A DNA stretch of 64,000 bases, taken from assembly GCF_009914755.1 (NCBI RefSeq), contig NC_060927.1. The stretch is one strand, 5' to 3'. The translations under genes were made by a program, and so were the position numbers. A model generated the notes under the pieces. The model did not search any database. It was not told where the DNA came from and worked only from the letters and a program-made list of their open reading frames with translations. Positions 13,909 to 27,602 of the stretch are shown piece by piece (the stretch's first letter is position 1; the number at the start of each line of letters is the position of its first letter). Origin of the DNA: the human T2T-CHM13v2.0 reference genome, Homo sapiens.

Positions 13909-14729
13909 CTGAGCAGTAGGAGGAATGGAAAGAGAAAGAACACTGGATGGGTTCATCACATAGGGAGGAGGAACCTGTAAGTCCAATCCAAAATGCTAGC
14001 TGATGTTTTCAAAGTGAGATGGCAGCAAAGAGATCTGCTTTATCATTGACATCTACTATTTTATTTGTAAATCTGATACTCTTATACTGAGAACTGAGAT
14101 CAACAATCTGCAGAGTAATGTTAGCAAGTCCTTTAGCCCTTTATACAGGAGACAACATATATTTCCAGACACTTCAGACATCACAGAGGAATACTACTTC
14201 TATCTCCACGTGCCTTTCAGAATTGCAACAGTTCTTCCATGCGAAGCAGCAGCCAGGAATGGCCCAGGAAAACTTACAGGTTCACCTACCTCTCTACAGC
14301 TTCCCTTTCTCTATTCCTTATTCATCTGAGACCTTTCCTTTATCCAGTCAAAAAGAAGGAGCACATAAAGAGTGTTTTTCATGGGAACTTCACTTTGGAA
14401 TGTTACAATATTTGAAAATAACTAAAAGCTCCACGTAAAGTACTATATATTTTAAAAAATACTTTTGAAGTGGAAAGAATTATTACTAGACTATCTAGGA
14501 GGGCAAACAGCAATGTATTTAAAAGTGTATGTATCAAATGGGCATAACTATTTTTTAAATCTATTTATCTATAATCTATCTTTTGATTTAATCTTTCTAT
14601 CTATCTTTCTATCTTTCTACCTATCATAAGCAAGATGCCTGTTAGTGTCACGGTGTCAGATTTTGGGTGAGACTTTCTTGTTCTTTGACTTTTCCTTCCC
14701 TGTTTCTACCCCTCTAGGCTGTGCCTCTT

Positions 14730-15122
<393 letters not shown>

Positions 15123-15420
15123 AAATTGATTATTTCTAAATGTTTTTTAATATCTAATGAACAACACTACTACATAAAATGCTTCTATTATATTTTTGAT
15201 TAATCATTAAACATGTTCTTTAATATCATAATCCTAAAAGTATTGACTACATCTTTTTCATTTTGTTAAATGAAATAAATTCCTTTTTTCCTCTATAAGA
15301 TGTACATACACACTGGAATCTCAAGACATTATGCAAGCATGAATACCCATGCTTTAAATTTTGAAGTATTGCATAGCTTATTTCTTTAGTTAATTACCTA
15401 TTCATTGAGGTAATATCAGA

Positions 15421-15560
15421 TGTATTAGTAAGGACTCTTTGGGGTCCTTAAATCAACTTAAGAAAACAACAAAAAAAAAGATTTATAGTTTCATGTAATT
15501 AAAATTCTAGGAGTAAATCAGGCATACTTCAGACACACTTGGATCCAGGGTGTCAAATTG
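15421..15560 (-). mobile_element. Old MLT1 (K/L-like) LTR fragment
   Basis: tgtattagtaaggactcttt..cttcagacacacttggatccagggtgtcaaa. Confidence 0.45.
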
Positions 15561-16056
15561 TATCATTTACAATCACTTCTCACCACCCTGCCAACCCATC
15601 TTTTCTCTCTCTCTTTTTCTCCTCTCATCCTATTCCTTGTTCCTCAGCCTTTTTTATGTTGGTCTTGCTTCTCCTACCAAGTGTTTCCTTTAGGTATATA
15701 GCAATATGTAGTATTGTCTTGGAATCCTAATATATATATGAAATTTCTACCCAATCTATCCTTGTATTGTGAGCACAATTTAGTTAAAATTACATTATGA
15801 GAATTTCTTCATATCACTAAATATTCTGTAAAAATTTTAAAATTCAACTTTTATAAATTATTGCCTTTTAAATTTAATTGTTTAAAAACTCTTCCTTTTA
15901 TATTGAAGAAGCATTACTTTTTAAATTACAATATACTGATTAATTTTTGGCTTCTTGTTGACTTACAGGCATTTTTTTTCAGTGAGGAATTTTAAGAAGA
16001 ATATAAAAGCTGAAGAGTCATAATATGCTATTCTTTGTATATGAAAATGGCAGTCC

Positions 16057-16235
16057 TGACCTGCCATTAGTCGGGGCACTTATGGCTGTGATAGATTTTT
16101 TTGGGTCCATCTGCCTTTGTTTCCAGGCACCCCAGGCTTCTCAGGACGAAAAGCGTAATCGGTGACCTCAGAACAGAGCAACGCTAATGAGGATGACCCT
16201 GACCTCGGGAGAATAGTGTTCTGACCCTCTGACCC
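16057..16235. promoter_or_regulatory. Candidate nuclear-receptor enhancer (RGGTCA half-site cluster, DR0 and DR2)
   Basis: TGACCT 16057 and 16163; TGACCCTGACCT 16194-16205; TGACCCtcTGACCC 16222-16235; several retained CpGs. Confidence 0.4.
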
Positions 16236-17040
16236 AAACAAAAATTAGAAAAGCTTGGGCAGTACATTTAAGAGTAACTTTGGGATTAGTTCTATGAGTA
16301 TAAAGATAAATGAGAAAATAAATTCTACTCACAAGTAGAAAGACTTAGGTAATTGTGTAATATTTGAAACACAAAACTTAAACTGAAAACTATTACACTA
16401 GTAAATTGAATTACATTATCATTCCTTTTAACTAACATCAGAATTACCTCTCCTTTGATGTTTCCTTAGTTAATAAGAACCAAATCTTATTATAATAATT
16501 AAAGCTACTAGAAAATGCTTTAAGCCTTTTTCTTTTTCAAAGATGCATTTATTAGGTCTATTTGAAGAATATACTGAAATTGTACTCTCTTTAGAAATTT
16601 TGAAATATCATTTTTATCAATTGATGTATATTTAGATTATAACTGAGTAGAATCAAAGAATTCTTTTCACTACATGTTATGAAGAAGACCCTCTTCAATC
16701 GTAATTAGACACCTACCATGCAGCTTCTCTGTTAATGCTGGTAATTCTGAATTTATATCTTGAATTTGTATTACTACAATGCTTGCATAATAAATTCATT
16801 AACACATTAATTATTTGATGGTGTATGGAAGGTGTATTAATAGCAGAAATTGAAAATGTGCTATGCCTAGATACAAATTATGTGAAAACAGACAGAATAA
16901 AGTTATTGCTCAGGTTCGTTTTTACTTTGGTAAGAGGTAGGGTTAATTTTCATGATAAATCATAGGCAGTTACATGCAACGTATTTTTTGGCCATTGAGA
17001 TAAGAAAGGGAGCTGTGAGTTGGTCTGAGGGGAAAAATCA

Positions 17041-17405
<365 letters not shown>

Positions 17406-17410
17406 CAATA

Positions 17411-17722
17411 TGGGGGTGGTGAAGATGGTTAACGGGTACAAAATATAGTTAGAAAGAATGAATAGGACTTACAAATTTGATAGCACAATAGGGTGACTAT
17501 TGTCAATAATAACTTAATTTTACATTTTAAAGTAACTTAAAGACTGTAATTGCATTGTTTGTAATTCAAAGGATAAATGCTTGAGGGGATGGATACTCCA
17601 TTCACCATGCTGTGCTTATTTCACATTGCATGCCTGTATCAAAACATCTCATGTACCCCATAAATATACACACCTACTACGTACCCACAGAAATTTTAAA
17701 AATAAAATAAATAAATAAATAA
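17411..17722 (+). mobile_element. L1MA1/L1MA2-like 3'UTR end
   Basis: gatggttaacgggtacaaaa..ggataaatgcttgaggggatggatac..catgtaccccataaatata..gtacccac plus A-rich tail. Confidence 0.88.
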
Positions 17723-18109
17723 AACAACTGCCCCAATGAATCCTGGTTGCACCGATCCACTATTTGTACAGATTTTTTTTTTTTTTTTTTTTTTTCCAAA
17801 AAATGGCCGCTTCAGTTCTGGGTTGCCTGACAGTATACGAATGCAAGGCACTTTTTGACAGCAGGCATCAACTTTCAGCTAAGACATAAAACCAGAGTCC
17901 TGGTACTTTCTGGAAGAGTGAAGGTGCTAGCTCCACTGTCTTGGACAAATTTCAATTTGGATAATTGCATTCTGTCCTTTAAAGGCCCCTGGTTGGTTCA
18001 GTTCAATGAGGAGGTCTTCGCTTCCTGCCTGAACAGTTACAGAATGTGGCTGTGCTCTGGGAAATGGTTGCTGGGTTTGTTCTTTAGATGAGTGAATGTC
18101 AACACTGCA

Positions 18110-18142
18110 ACACACACACACACACAGACACACACACACACA
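18110..18142. repeat. (CA)n microsatellite
   Basis: CA run with one interruption. Confidence 0.9.
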
Positions 18143-19924
18143 AATATATGAGTGGTGAATTGAAATCTCCATATGAAAGACATGCTTCTGCACACTTTTA
18201 CATTTTCATAAAACTAGATCCCATTGTGTCACTGATACGGAAAAGGATCTTTTTTTATTAGTATGCAAAAATATTCCAGTTATTGAAGTCAATTTTTTTT
18301 TTAATTTTAAGATTAAATTATAACTAAAGTCATAATACACAAAATAAAAGAATAACTTATTAGGAGAGAAGAAATGTGTTGGATGCCCCATCTTGTGGCT
18401 TTAGCAGTAGCCCAATTGATAAACACATTACTGTGACTTACATTAAGAAAGCTTCAACATATGTGCAGCAATTTTTAAAGGAGACTTCCAGTAACCTCTA
18501 ACTACTCCAGGTTACTATTGACAATAAGAAGAGTAGGATTTTAGAAGTCTCCCTAAAGAGAGTAATAGCAGGATTTAGTTCCTAGTGGATTACAGCCCAC
18601 ATTATGAAACTGCTGCACATTTGGCACAATTATGCACCACTGGCAGCCTTTTCTCAAAGGAAGCCTCATGTTAAATGAACACTTAGAATCATTTTGGAAC
18701 TCATGCATCTTGCAGCTAATACTGTGCTAAGTTAAGCAGCTAACACTATGCCCATCTGGAAGAGAGAGAATATTAGGGCTGCAATGTCATCAGTCCTTTC
18801 CCCTTAAAAGCTTTGATTTCATTAAAGGTGACCTGTCAAAGTGCTTTAGAAAATGACATACTCTAAAAAATGTGCTGAATAGGACAGAGGAGCATTCAGT
18901 ACATAAATTACTGTCTTTCCTATAGTTGTTTTTAGAATTTCCCAGGATTATGCAGGTGGGCCATTTCTCTCTTTTGGGGTACTATGAAGACAGTCTAGAA
19001 GATATTCAGTGGTCACCAAAGGGTTGAGTAATGCACCTTTGCAATAGGATGTACTGGCCGTTACTCTCCAATGTGTGGTTGGGATGGTAAATTACCAGAG
19101 GAGAATTTGGAAACCTCAAAAACAAAATTAAGGCTTCAATTCTCTTCTAGAACTAAACATTTGGGAAACTGAATTTCAAAAAATAAGCATAGTTTTATTT
19201 CATAGTGTCGCTACTCTCACCACATAAAGGGGCTTTAAAAACTCTGCCACAAATATTTTACAAAAAAAAAAAAATGCAATCACACAACCATATGTCATGA
19301 ATTCTAACATCAGCCACTTCACAATAATACCTGTTTGGAACATGGTACAACATGTGAATCAAGCAAATAAGACTCCTCCAAAGAAAACCAATTAGGAAAA
19401 GTTCAAATTGACTATTTCTTATCAAAAAGCCTCTGCTCAGGGATAATTTATTTAAGTTATTTTTAAAAATAATTTATTTTTACGTAATTCTCTGTGCCCT
19501 GGACTCAGTTATCCCTGAGTAAAATTTAGAAAGAGCAAATGACAACAAGGGCTGCCAGCACTAAGCCTATGAATATTAGTGAAAAAACTATAGCTTTCAA
19601 AATTTCAAAATCCACAGCTGCCTTTAAAATTTTTTTTCTTTTGCCATCAGTACATTTCAGATTTTATTTTATTTTATAAAGTAAAATAATGTTGACCACC
19701 ATAGTTTGTTTTTTTCTTATGTTTGTGTATTAGTTTTACAAATACAGAGTTGGAATTGTCATGTAGGTTTAGGTATGTTATACACACAAGTTTCAAATAC
19801 CCATGTAGACTATTAGTCTGTTCCTCAGTATACTTAACCATTCAAGAAGAATAGTGTTATTTCATAGGCATAGATAAAAAGCAAAGTTGAATTTCATACT
19901 TTGACACATTCTGAGTGTATCACT

Positions 19925-20218
19925 ATTATTATTATTATTTTTCTGAGACAGTTGTTCTCTGTCACGCAGGCTGCAGCGCAGTGGCATGATCACGGCTCAC
20001 TGCAGCCTCAATCTCCCAGGCTCAAGTGATTATTCCAGCTCAGCCTTCTGAGTAGCTGGAACCACAGTTACTTTTATTTTGTATTTTATTTTTTTTTTTG
20101 TAGAGATGAGGTCTCCCTGTGTTGCCCAGGTTGGTCTCGAACTCCTGGGCTCAAGAGATCTTCTTGTCTCAGCTTCCCGAAGTGCTGGGATTATAAGCCT
20201 AAGCCACTGTGTCTGCCC
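19925..20218 (-). mobile_element. AluJ with internal deletion near the middle linker
   Basis: gatcacggctcactgcagcctc; ctgggctcaagagatc; segment after ggaaccacag is missing. Confidence 0.9.
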
Positions 20219-20830
20219 TTACAATTCTTGTATAATAATACTTATTTTTATTTAACCGAGTAAAATAAAACAAATAATCTTAACTGAGCAAGACTATGTT
20301 TAGAAAGTCAAGAGATGGTTTTTATTTTAAAAATATTTTCATTTGAATTAATTAAATTTTAAACTGTTAACTTTATGGTGAATTTTCTGCTGTTCTGAAA
20401 ATGAACCTACCAAGAACTTCATAATCAAGGGTTCTAGGTAGCTTGCATTATACTCCACAAAATATTTTTGCTAATTTCTGTCTTTTAATAGAACCTAGGA
20501 TAGTATAAAGTTAAAAAAAAAAGCCATGACCACCATAGTTATTTGCTTTTCTCTTATACTCTATTAATTTTTAAAATACAGACTGAAAACTATAAGCAGG
20601 TTTTATGTTTTTAGATTTTTTCATAATTTATGAATATGTTCTCTTCATCATTTTGATTTGAAACCTTTATTTGTGTTTTAACTATCAATTTTATTTTTTT
20701 CTGATGCTTTCTTCATATAACCTCTTTCCAAATTATGACACAAATTTATATTATTGCAATTACAAAATTATTTCACAAATGCATGCTCATTGTAAACACT
20801 CTAAATATTAAGAAGTTAATAAAATAATAA

Positions 20831-21170
<340 letters not shown>

Positions 21171-21299
21171 CAAAAGTCCATTTTTAATCCTTTTTACCCC
21201 TTTTTAATCTTTTTTCTATTATTAGGTTTTACAAGAATTCTCAAAGTGCAAAGATGACATGACACTAGCAAGGGGGGAAGATTAATTTGACTTCCACCA

Positions 21300-21719
21300 G
21301 ATTAAAAAAAAGTTTAATGTTAGAAATTGAAAAAATATTAAAATAGAAAACATTAACAAAAGAGTGGATAAGGGCTAGGTATATACAATTAACATAAACA
21401 TCAATATAAATATTTAATAAAGTATAAAAAAGTTTAACCTCACTAATAAAGAAGTGAATATCAAAATGCTCTCACTGAAACTATTGTATTGGAAAATTCC
21501 AATGTTGAATAGAGTTTGAAGATACTGAAGCTTTCTTATTTTCATGAAATAAGCACAAATTGGTGAAAACTTTCCAGACTCTAAACATATTCCAGAATCT
21601 AAAGACTAATTTGATAATATGTAAGCAAAACTGAAAAATACCACACGATTGATCCAGTTCCACTTGAAAGAATGTACTTTTATGGAATAATCAGAGACAG
21701 AAAATGATTTATATATAAT
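21300..21719 (+). mobile_element. Old L1M ORF2 3' fragment (host of the LTR12C)
   Basis: gtttaacctcactaataa..aaattggtgaaaactttc..gatccagttccactt..ggaataatcagagac. Confidence 0.5.
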
Positions 21720-23158
21720 TGTGTCCGGAATTGGTGGGTTCTTGGTCTCACTGACTTCAAGAATGAAGCCGCAGACCCTCGCAGTGAGTGTTACAGTTCT
21801 TAAAGGTGGCGTGTCCGGAGTTTCTTCCTTCTGATGCTCGGATGTGTTTGGAGTTTCTTCCTTCTGGTGGGGTTCGTAGTCTCCCTGGCTCAGGAGTGAA
21901 GCTGCAGACCTTCCTGGTGAGTGTTACAGCTCTTAAGGCGGCCTGTCTGGAGTTGTTCCTTCCTCCCGGTGGGTTCGTGGTCTCCCTGGCTTCAGGAGTG
22001 AAGCTGCAGACCTTCACGGTGAGTGTTGCAGCTCATAAAGGCAGTGTGGACCCCAAGAGTGAGCAGCAGCAAGATTTATTGCAAAGAGCGAAAGAACAAA
22101 GCTTCCACAGAGTGGAAGGGGACCCGAGCGGATTGCCACTGCTGTCTCAGGCAGCCTGCTTTTATTCTCTTATCTGGCCCCACCCACATCCTGCTGATTG
22201 GTCCATTTTACAGAGAGCCAGTGGTCTGTTTTGACAGGGCACTGATTGGTGTGTTTACAATCCCTGAGCTAGACACAAAGGTTCTCCACATCCCCACTAG
22301 ATTAGCTAGATACAGAGTGTGGACACAAAGGTTCTCCAAGTCCCCACCAGAGTAGCTAGATACAGAGTGTTGATTGGTGCATTCACAAACCCTGAGCTAG
22401 ACACAGGGTGCTGATTGGTGTGTTTACAAACCTAGATACAGAGTGCCGATTGGTGTATTTACAATCCCTTAGCTAGACACAAAGGTTCTCCAAGTCCCCA
22501 CCAGACTCAGGAGCCCAGCTGGCTTCCCCCAGTGGATCCCGCACCAGGACTGCAGGTGGAACTACCTGCCAGTCCCGCGCCGTGCGCCTGCACTCCCCAG
22601 CCCTTGGGTGGTCGATGGGACTTGGTGCCTTACAGCAGAGGGCAGTGCTCGTCAGGGAGGCTCCGGCCGCACAGGAGCCCATGGAGGCGGTGGCTGGGAG
22701 GCTCAGGCATGGCGGGCTGCAGGTCCCGAGCCGTGCCCCGTGGGGAGGCAGCTAAGGCCCGGTGAGAAATCGAGTGCAGCGCCGGTGGGCTGGCACTGCT
22801 GGGGGACCCAGCACACCCTCCGAAGCCGCTGGCCCGCGTGCTAAGCCCCTCATTTCCTGGGGCCAGCAGGGCCAGCCGACCACTCCAAGTGTGGGGCTGC
22901 CGAGCCCACACCCACCCGGAACTCGAGCTGGCTCGCAAGCACTGCATGCAGCCCCGGTTCCTGCCTGCGCCTCTCCCTCCACACCTCCCTGCAAGCTGAG
23001 GGAGCCGGCTCTGGCCTTGGCCAGCCTAGAAAGGGGCTGCCACAGTGCAGCGCCAGGCTGAAGGGCTCCTCAAGTGCCGCCAAAGTGGGAGCCCAGGCAG
23101 AGGAGGTGCTGAGAGCCAGCGAGGGCTGTGAGGGCTGCCAGCACGCTGTCACCTCTCA
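21720..23158 (-). mobile_element. LTR12C (ERV9) solo LTR, 1439 bp
   Basis: Reverse complement begins tgagaggtgacagcgtgctggcagccctc and ends ccaccaattccggacaca; internal tandem repeats; 4-bp TSD taat/caat. Confidence 0.96.
22160..22453 (-). promoter_or_regulatory. LTR12C U3 promoter/enhancer: five CCAAT (NF-Y) boxes and TATA-like AATAAAA
   Basis: ATTGG at 22197, 22245, 22373, 22414 and 22449; TTTTATT at 22160-22166; LTR poly(A) signal tttatt at 22075-22080. Confidence 0.75.
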
Positions 23159-23577
23159 CAATGATTTTAAATTAAAAATAGTACAATAGTACATATTAAC
23201 AATAGTACATTAATTCAAATTTATCACAAGTACATCAGTAATACTGATGTAACATTACATTGCCTTTACAAAATAGTATAATGATACAATAAATTATTAA
23301 CCAGCAGATTTCTGAGAGACAGCATAAAGAGTAAAAGAAGGAAAAATAGGTCACCATCCCAAAATATGCAAGAAGAAAGAGACTGAAACAAAATATTACA
23401 AAATAATTGAGTGATGGATTTTTCGATCATTTTTTATTTTCTTTTTTAACTATTTTATAGTTGACAAACTTTTTACAAATAACATATTCACCAAGTCAGA
23501 AAAAGATTTAAATATTAGAATTAATAAACATGTTGGATTAGAACACAGGAGATAAAAATTTTAAATTTTCTGTTTCA

Positions 23578-23777
23578 AACTATCCTTCTATTCTGTATCT
23601 CCATGAGTTCAATTGTTTTGATTTTTGGATTCCACAAATAGGTGAGAACATGTGATGTTTGTCTTTCTGTGCCTGGCTTATTTCACTTAACATAATGACT
23701 CCAGTTCCATCCATGTTGTAGCAAATGACAGAAACTCATTCTTTTTTATGGTAAATAATACTCCATTGTGCATTTTC
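23578..23777 (-). mobile_element. L1MA internal fragment (ORF2 end and start of 3'UTR), no poly(A)
   Basis: tccatgagttcaattgttttgattttt..gtctttctgtgcctggcttatttcacttaacataatga..tactccattgtg. Confidence 0.85.
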
Positions 23778-24720
23778 AAACACTTTGATTTACAGATTAA
23801 ATTGTAATTTAAGTGTATTGAAAATTCTCAGCTGTGATAATTCAAAGTTTTGTTGTATAGTCCAAGTACCACAAGTAAAATTACAAATTGAGGAACCCAA
23901 TTCTTAAATAAAAAATAAAAGGGGCATCAGCTGATAAATTTCTGCTGGCAATAAGAGAGAGACCTGACTTTTATTATCAAAGTATATCTGAAAACCGCAG
24001 AACTAAATGGTTACCTGAGTGGAAGTCAGAGTTTGAGAGCATTAATTTTGTTCCAGTTGCTAAGACAACCTTTTCTTTTCACTATATGCTCAGATGATGG
24101 CTCATGTAGAACCTGCCTTTTAGAATGCCTGGACTCCACTCCAACTTTCTGACACCCCATGGACAGAGGAATGGACAAAATAAGAGCAACAAAAATGGCA
24201 AATACAGCTATGTATATTTAAATGTAACCTCAACAAATTATAATATGGCAGAATATTGACATGTATCATCAAATCCATATTAAATAGCAGTATGTTAGAT
24301 TTTATGTATATAAAATAGAAACTTTAATATTTACCTATATATGCAAAATCAAATTTCAAAAATATATTTTAAATCAAATTGTTATTTAAAGCACATGTAT
24401 TTTAAATTTCCAAAATATCTTTTAGAAGATATTTCATTTAAAATGGTAAATGCATTTCATTAAAAATGTTCCATATAGTTTTTCATCTCATGGTCACCAA
24501 ATAAAAACCTGAAATTAAACTTTTTAGAATTTTGAAGGTGAACACATTAATGTGGTCTGGATTACGTCAAAATGCATTTTACAATTACAGATAGTCTTAG
24601 TTACATATCTAATCTATATCTCTCTAGGCACAAAGCTGTAGTTTTTACTTTCTCACTTATGAAATTTTTGTGTGTGAGGTATCCAAGATATTACAGAATG
24701 TATAGAAAAATGTATTTGCA

Positions 24721-25021
<301 letters not shown>

Positions 25022-25587
25022 AGAAAAATGTATTTGCGAATAAATACTGCAACTTTGATGTGAGATCAATAAAATGTTATTTTGGGTTCCATTTATTGGA
25101 ATTGTGATTCAGAAAAGGCCTCAGGATTGCTGGTATCTTTAGGAAGTCAGTAATTCTTCCTTATCCAACTTTACCAGAAAGGGAAAGCTAAGGCCAATTA
25201 GAGACCTTTAGTATTTATATACATAATATTAGAGAATGTAGTTTCTATCTGTAGGCAAATGAAATACCTAATGTCATACTCCAGAATTACACATATTTAT
25301 CCATCCAAAGACATAATTAGTTCAAGGATAACTCTGCCCTATCTAAACTATATGGCTTAGAAGAGCAGAGCTAAATTTATTCTTACTGTGGGAAACTTTC
25401 TTACCTTTCCAAACTTGTTAATTTGGTAAGTCACTCCTTTATAAGAAGGGGAAGTGAATGGCAGGGAGTAGGGGAGATGGGCCAGTACTGTCACTTTAGT
25501 AGGCCCTCTTTCCCATGGATGAAAACATCAGGAGTGGGAAACAAGTTACCCTCCCTAACACTCCATAATATGAGTCTCACAGGATGA

Positions 25588-25790
25588 GATTTAAACCCAG
25601 TTTTTCTACTTCCTCCTGAGAGAACATGGAAAAATTATTTTTTCGCTCTATGCCTTATTTTTACATCCATATTGTAGAAATAAGAACAGTTCCAATTGTT
25701 ATTAGAACAATTAAGGTTATATAAAAATATTTAGCATTACTTGACACTGGTATATTTAAAAGTTTTTATCTGTTTTATTATAACTACCAC
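25588..25790 (+). mobile_element. MIR (degraded)
   Basis: tttaaacccag..ctctatgccttattttttacatc..atttagcattacttgacac. Confidence 0.5.
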
Positions 25791-26887
25791 TACTAATGAG
25801 TAATTAAAAGCATTAGGCGAATTAATGTAGTTACAGATATTTTTTATTTACTTGTTCAAAGACTTTAGTAGCATGTATTTTAAATAATTAATAGTATAGT
25901 AATAAATGGTCCATATCTATTTATTATGGCCCATTGGGAAAAAACTGATTCTTAAGTGCACTTCATTAAAACTAGTTTGTATATCTAGAGTAGGAGGATT
26001 TTAACTGAGGTAGAAAAATATGTTCAAGGTCTTTACAAAAGAGAGGCTCATAACTGTGAGATATCACATTTCTGATACGGGGGTCCACGTTGTCCGTGTG
26101 TTAAGTTTACTACCATACTGATTTAAACACCTACTACTGAAAAAAAATACTGAAACAAATGTTTAAAACAGCAATTTTTGTAGTTACAGAAAATAGTAGG
26201 TTAAAAAAGTGATAAAATAGAGGTGTGATTGAACCTAGTAAAATGATTAAAGAGATTTAGGAGTCTTTTAATGCAATAATTCTGAGGGATTCTAGATTCT
26301 GTATTGATCACATAGTGTACATTGACCTTCTAGAACCCATGACCTCTGCTTTCTAAGAGAATTTCCTTTTCATCCTCCCTGTTCACTGCACCAGGTGTTC
26401 ATCAACATTGATTTAACACACCACCATCTAAAAGATGTGATAAGTTGGTGTTTATACCTGTCAAGGGACCAAGGAGATAAAAACTAGGCATCACCAAAAG
26501 GTGTAATTTTAGATTGTTGGATACCCCTGCATTTTTCTTAATTATTTCTGACATTTTATCTATTTCACCACGAGCTTCCTTGGAGGATACAGATAAAGAA
26601 AAAAATGTTCTTCATGACCTAGAAGAAGAAATACATCTTCTCTTAATAAATCCCACCTGAAATCATGTAGGGGAAGGAAAGAAGGAACAACAGTTAACAT
26701 TTATCACTCGTACTGTTTCATTTGCTAAATTCTTCTTGGAACCTGAAAGATGGTTTCTTTTCAGCCTGAAGGAGATTTCAGATAAAATGTGAGGGTTTGA
26801 GAAAAAGAGTTTTGGATAACTATATGAGAATCTGTGCAAGGGGATACTGAAATGTGGAAGCTGCATGCTCTGCCTGTCCTCATTCTA

Positions 26888-26985
26888 AGCTCTCTGAAGA
26901 TAGAATAGTCTTATGTTAATTGGCATATCCCTAGCACTTAGCATGGTTTCTGGCACATAATAAGTATTCAGTAAGTATACCTTGA
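26888..26985 (+). mobile_element. L2 3' terminal fragment
   Basis: atatccctagcacttagcatggtttctggcacataataagtattcagtaa. Confidence 0.65.
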
Positions 26986-27221
26986 AATACTTTGAGTTTC
27001 AAATGACATTTTAATTAAGATACCATGAATTCTTCCAAATATTAATGTGCTGAACAAAAAGAATAATCAGCATAAATTAGGCATAAAGAGAGAGTGTCTA
27101 TTGCATACCACTCATTTTTGTGCCTGGTGTGAAAGTTACTCTTTGTGATATGTAATAGAGAATGTTGTTGAAGCTGGTTCAAAAATTAAAAGTGTTAAGC
27201 AAATAGTCAAAGGCAAAGGCA

Positions 27222-27536
27222 GGCAGAGTGCAGTGGTTTCTGCCTGTAATCCCACTGCTTTGGGAGGCCAAGCTGAGAGGATCACTTGAGGCCAGAAGTT
27301 CAAGATCAGCCTGGCAACATAGCAAGATGCCATCTCTACAAAAAAATTAAAAAATTAGATGGGCAAGGTGGTGTACACCTATAGTCCTAGCTACTCAGGA
27401 GGCTGAGGCAGGAGGATCCCTTACGTCCAGGAGTTCAAGGCTATAGTGAGCTATGATTACACCACTGCACTACAGCCTGGGTAGCAGAGTGAGAACCTGT
27501 CTCCAAAAACAAACAAACAAACAAACAAACAAAAAA
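27222..27536 (+). mobile_element. AluJ with (AAAC)n tail
   Basis: ggatcacttgaggccagaagttc; gagttcaaggctatagtgagctatgat; TSD aggcaaaggca. Confidence 0.92.
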
Positions 27537-27602
27537 GAGGCAAAGGCAAAATACATGTCTTGTAGATTGTATTTGCTTTTCTTGGCTTGAGAGGGTATGA
27601 AA

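Noticed and set aside
17773-18100. T23 as the tail of a minus-strand processed pseudogene
   Set aside because: There is no poly(A) signal next to the run, no TSD and no recognisable coding sequence.
21788-22505. Regularly spaced direct repeats resembling a CRISPR array
   Set aside because: They are the intrinsic U5 and U3 tandem repeats of LTR12C. There are no unique spacers or cas genes, and the context is eukaryotic.
21757-23152. Dense overlapping 69-148 aa ORFs on both strands in a GC-rich island
   Set aside because: All lie inside the LTR12C. High GC suppresses stop codons, and no known domain is present.
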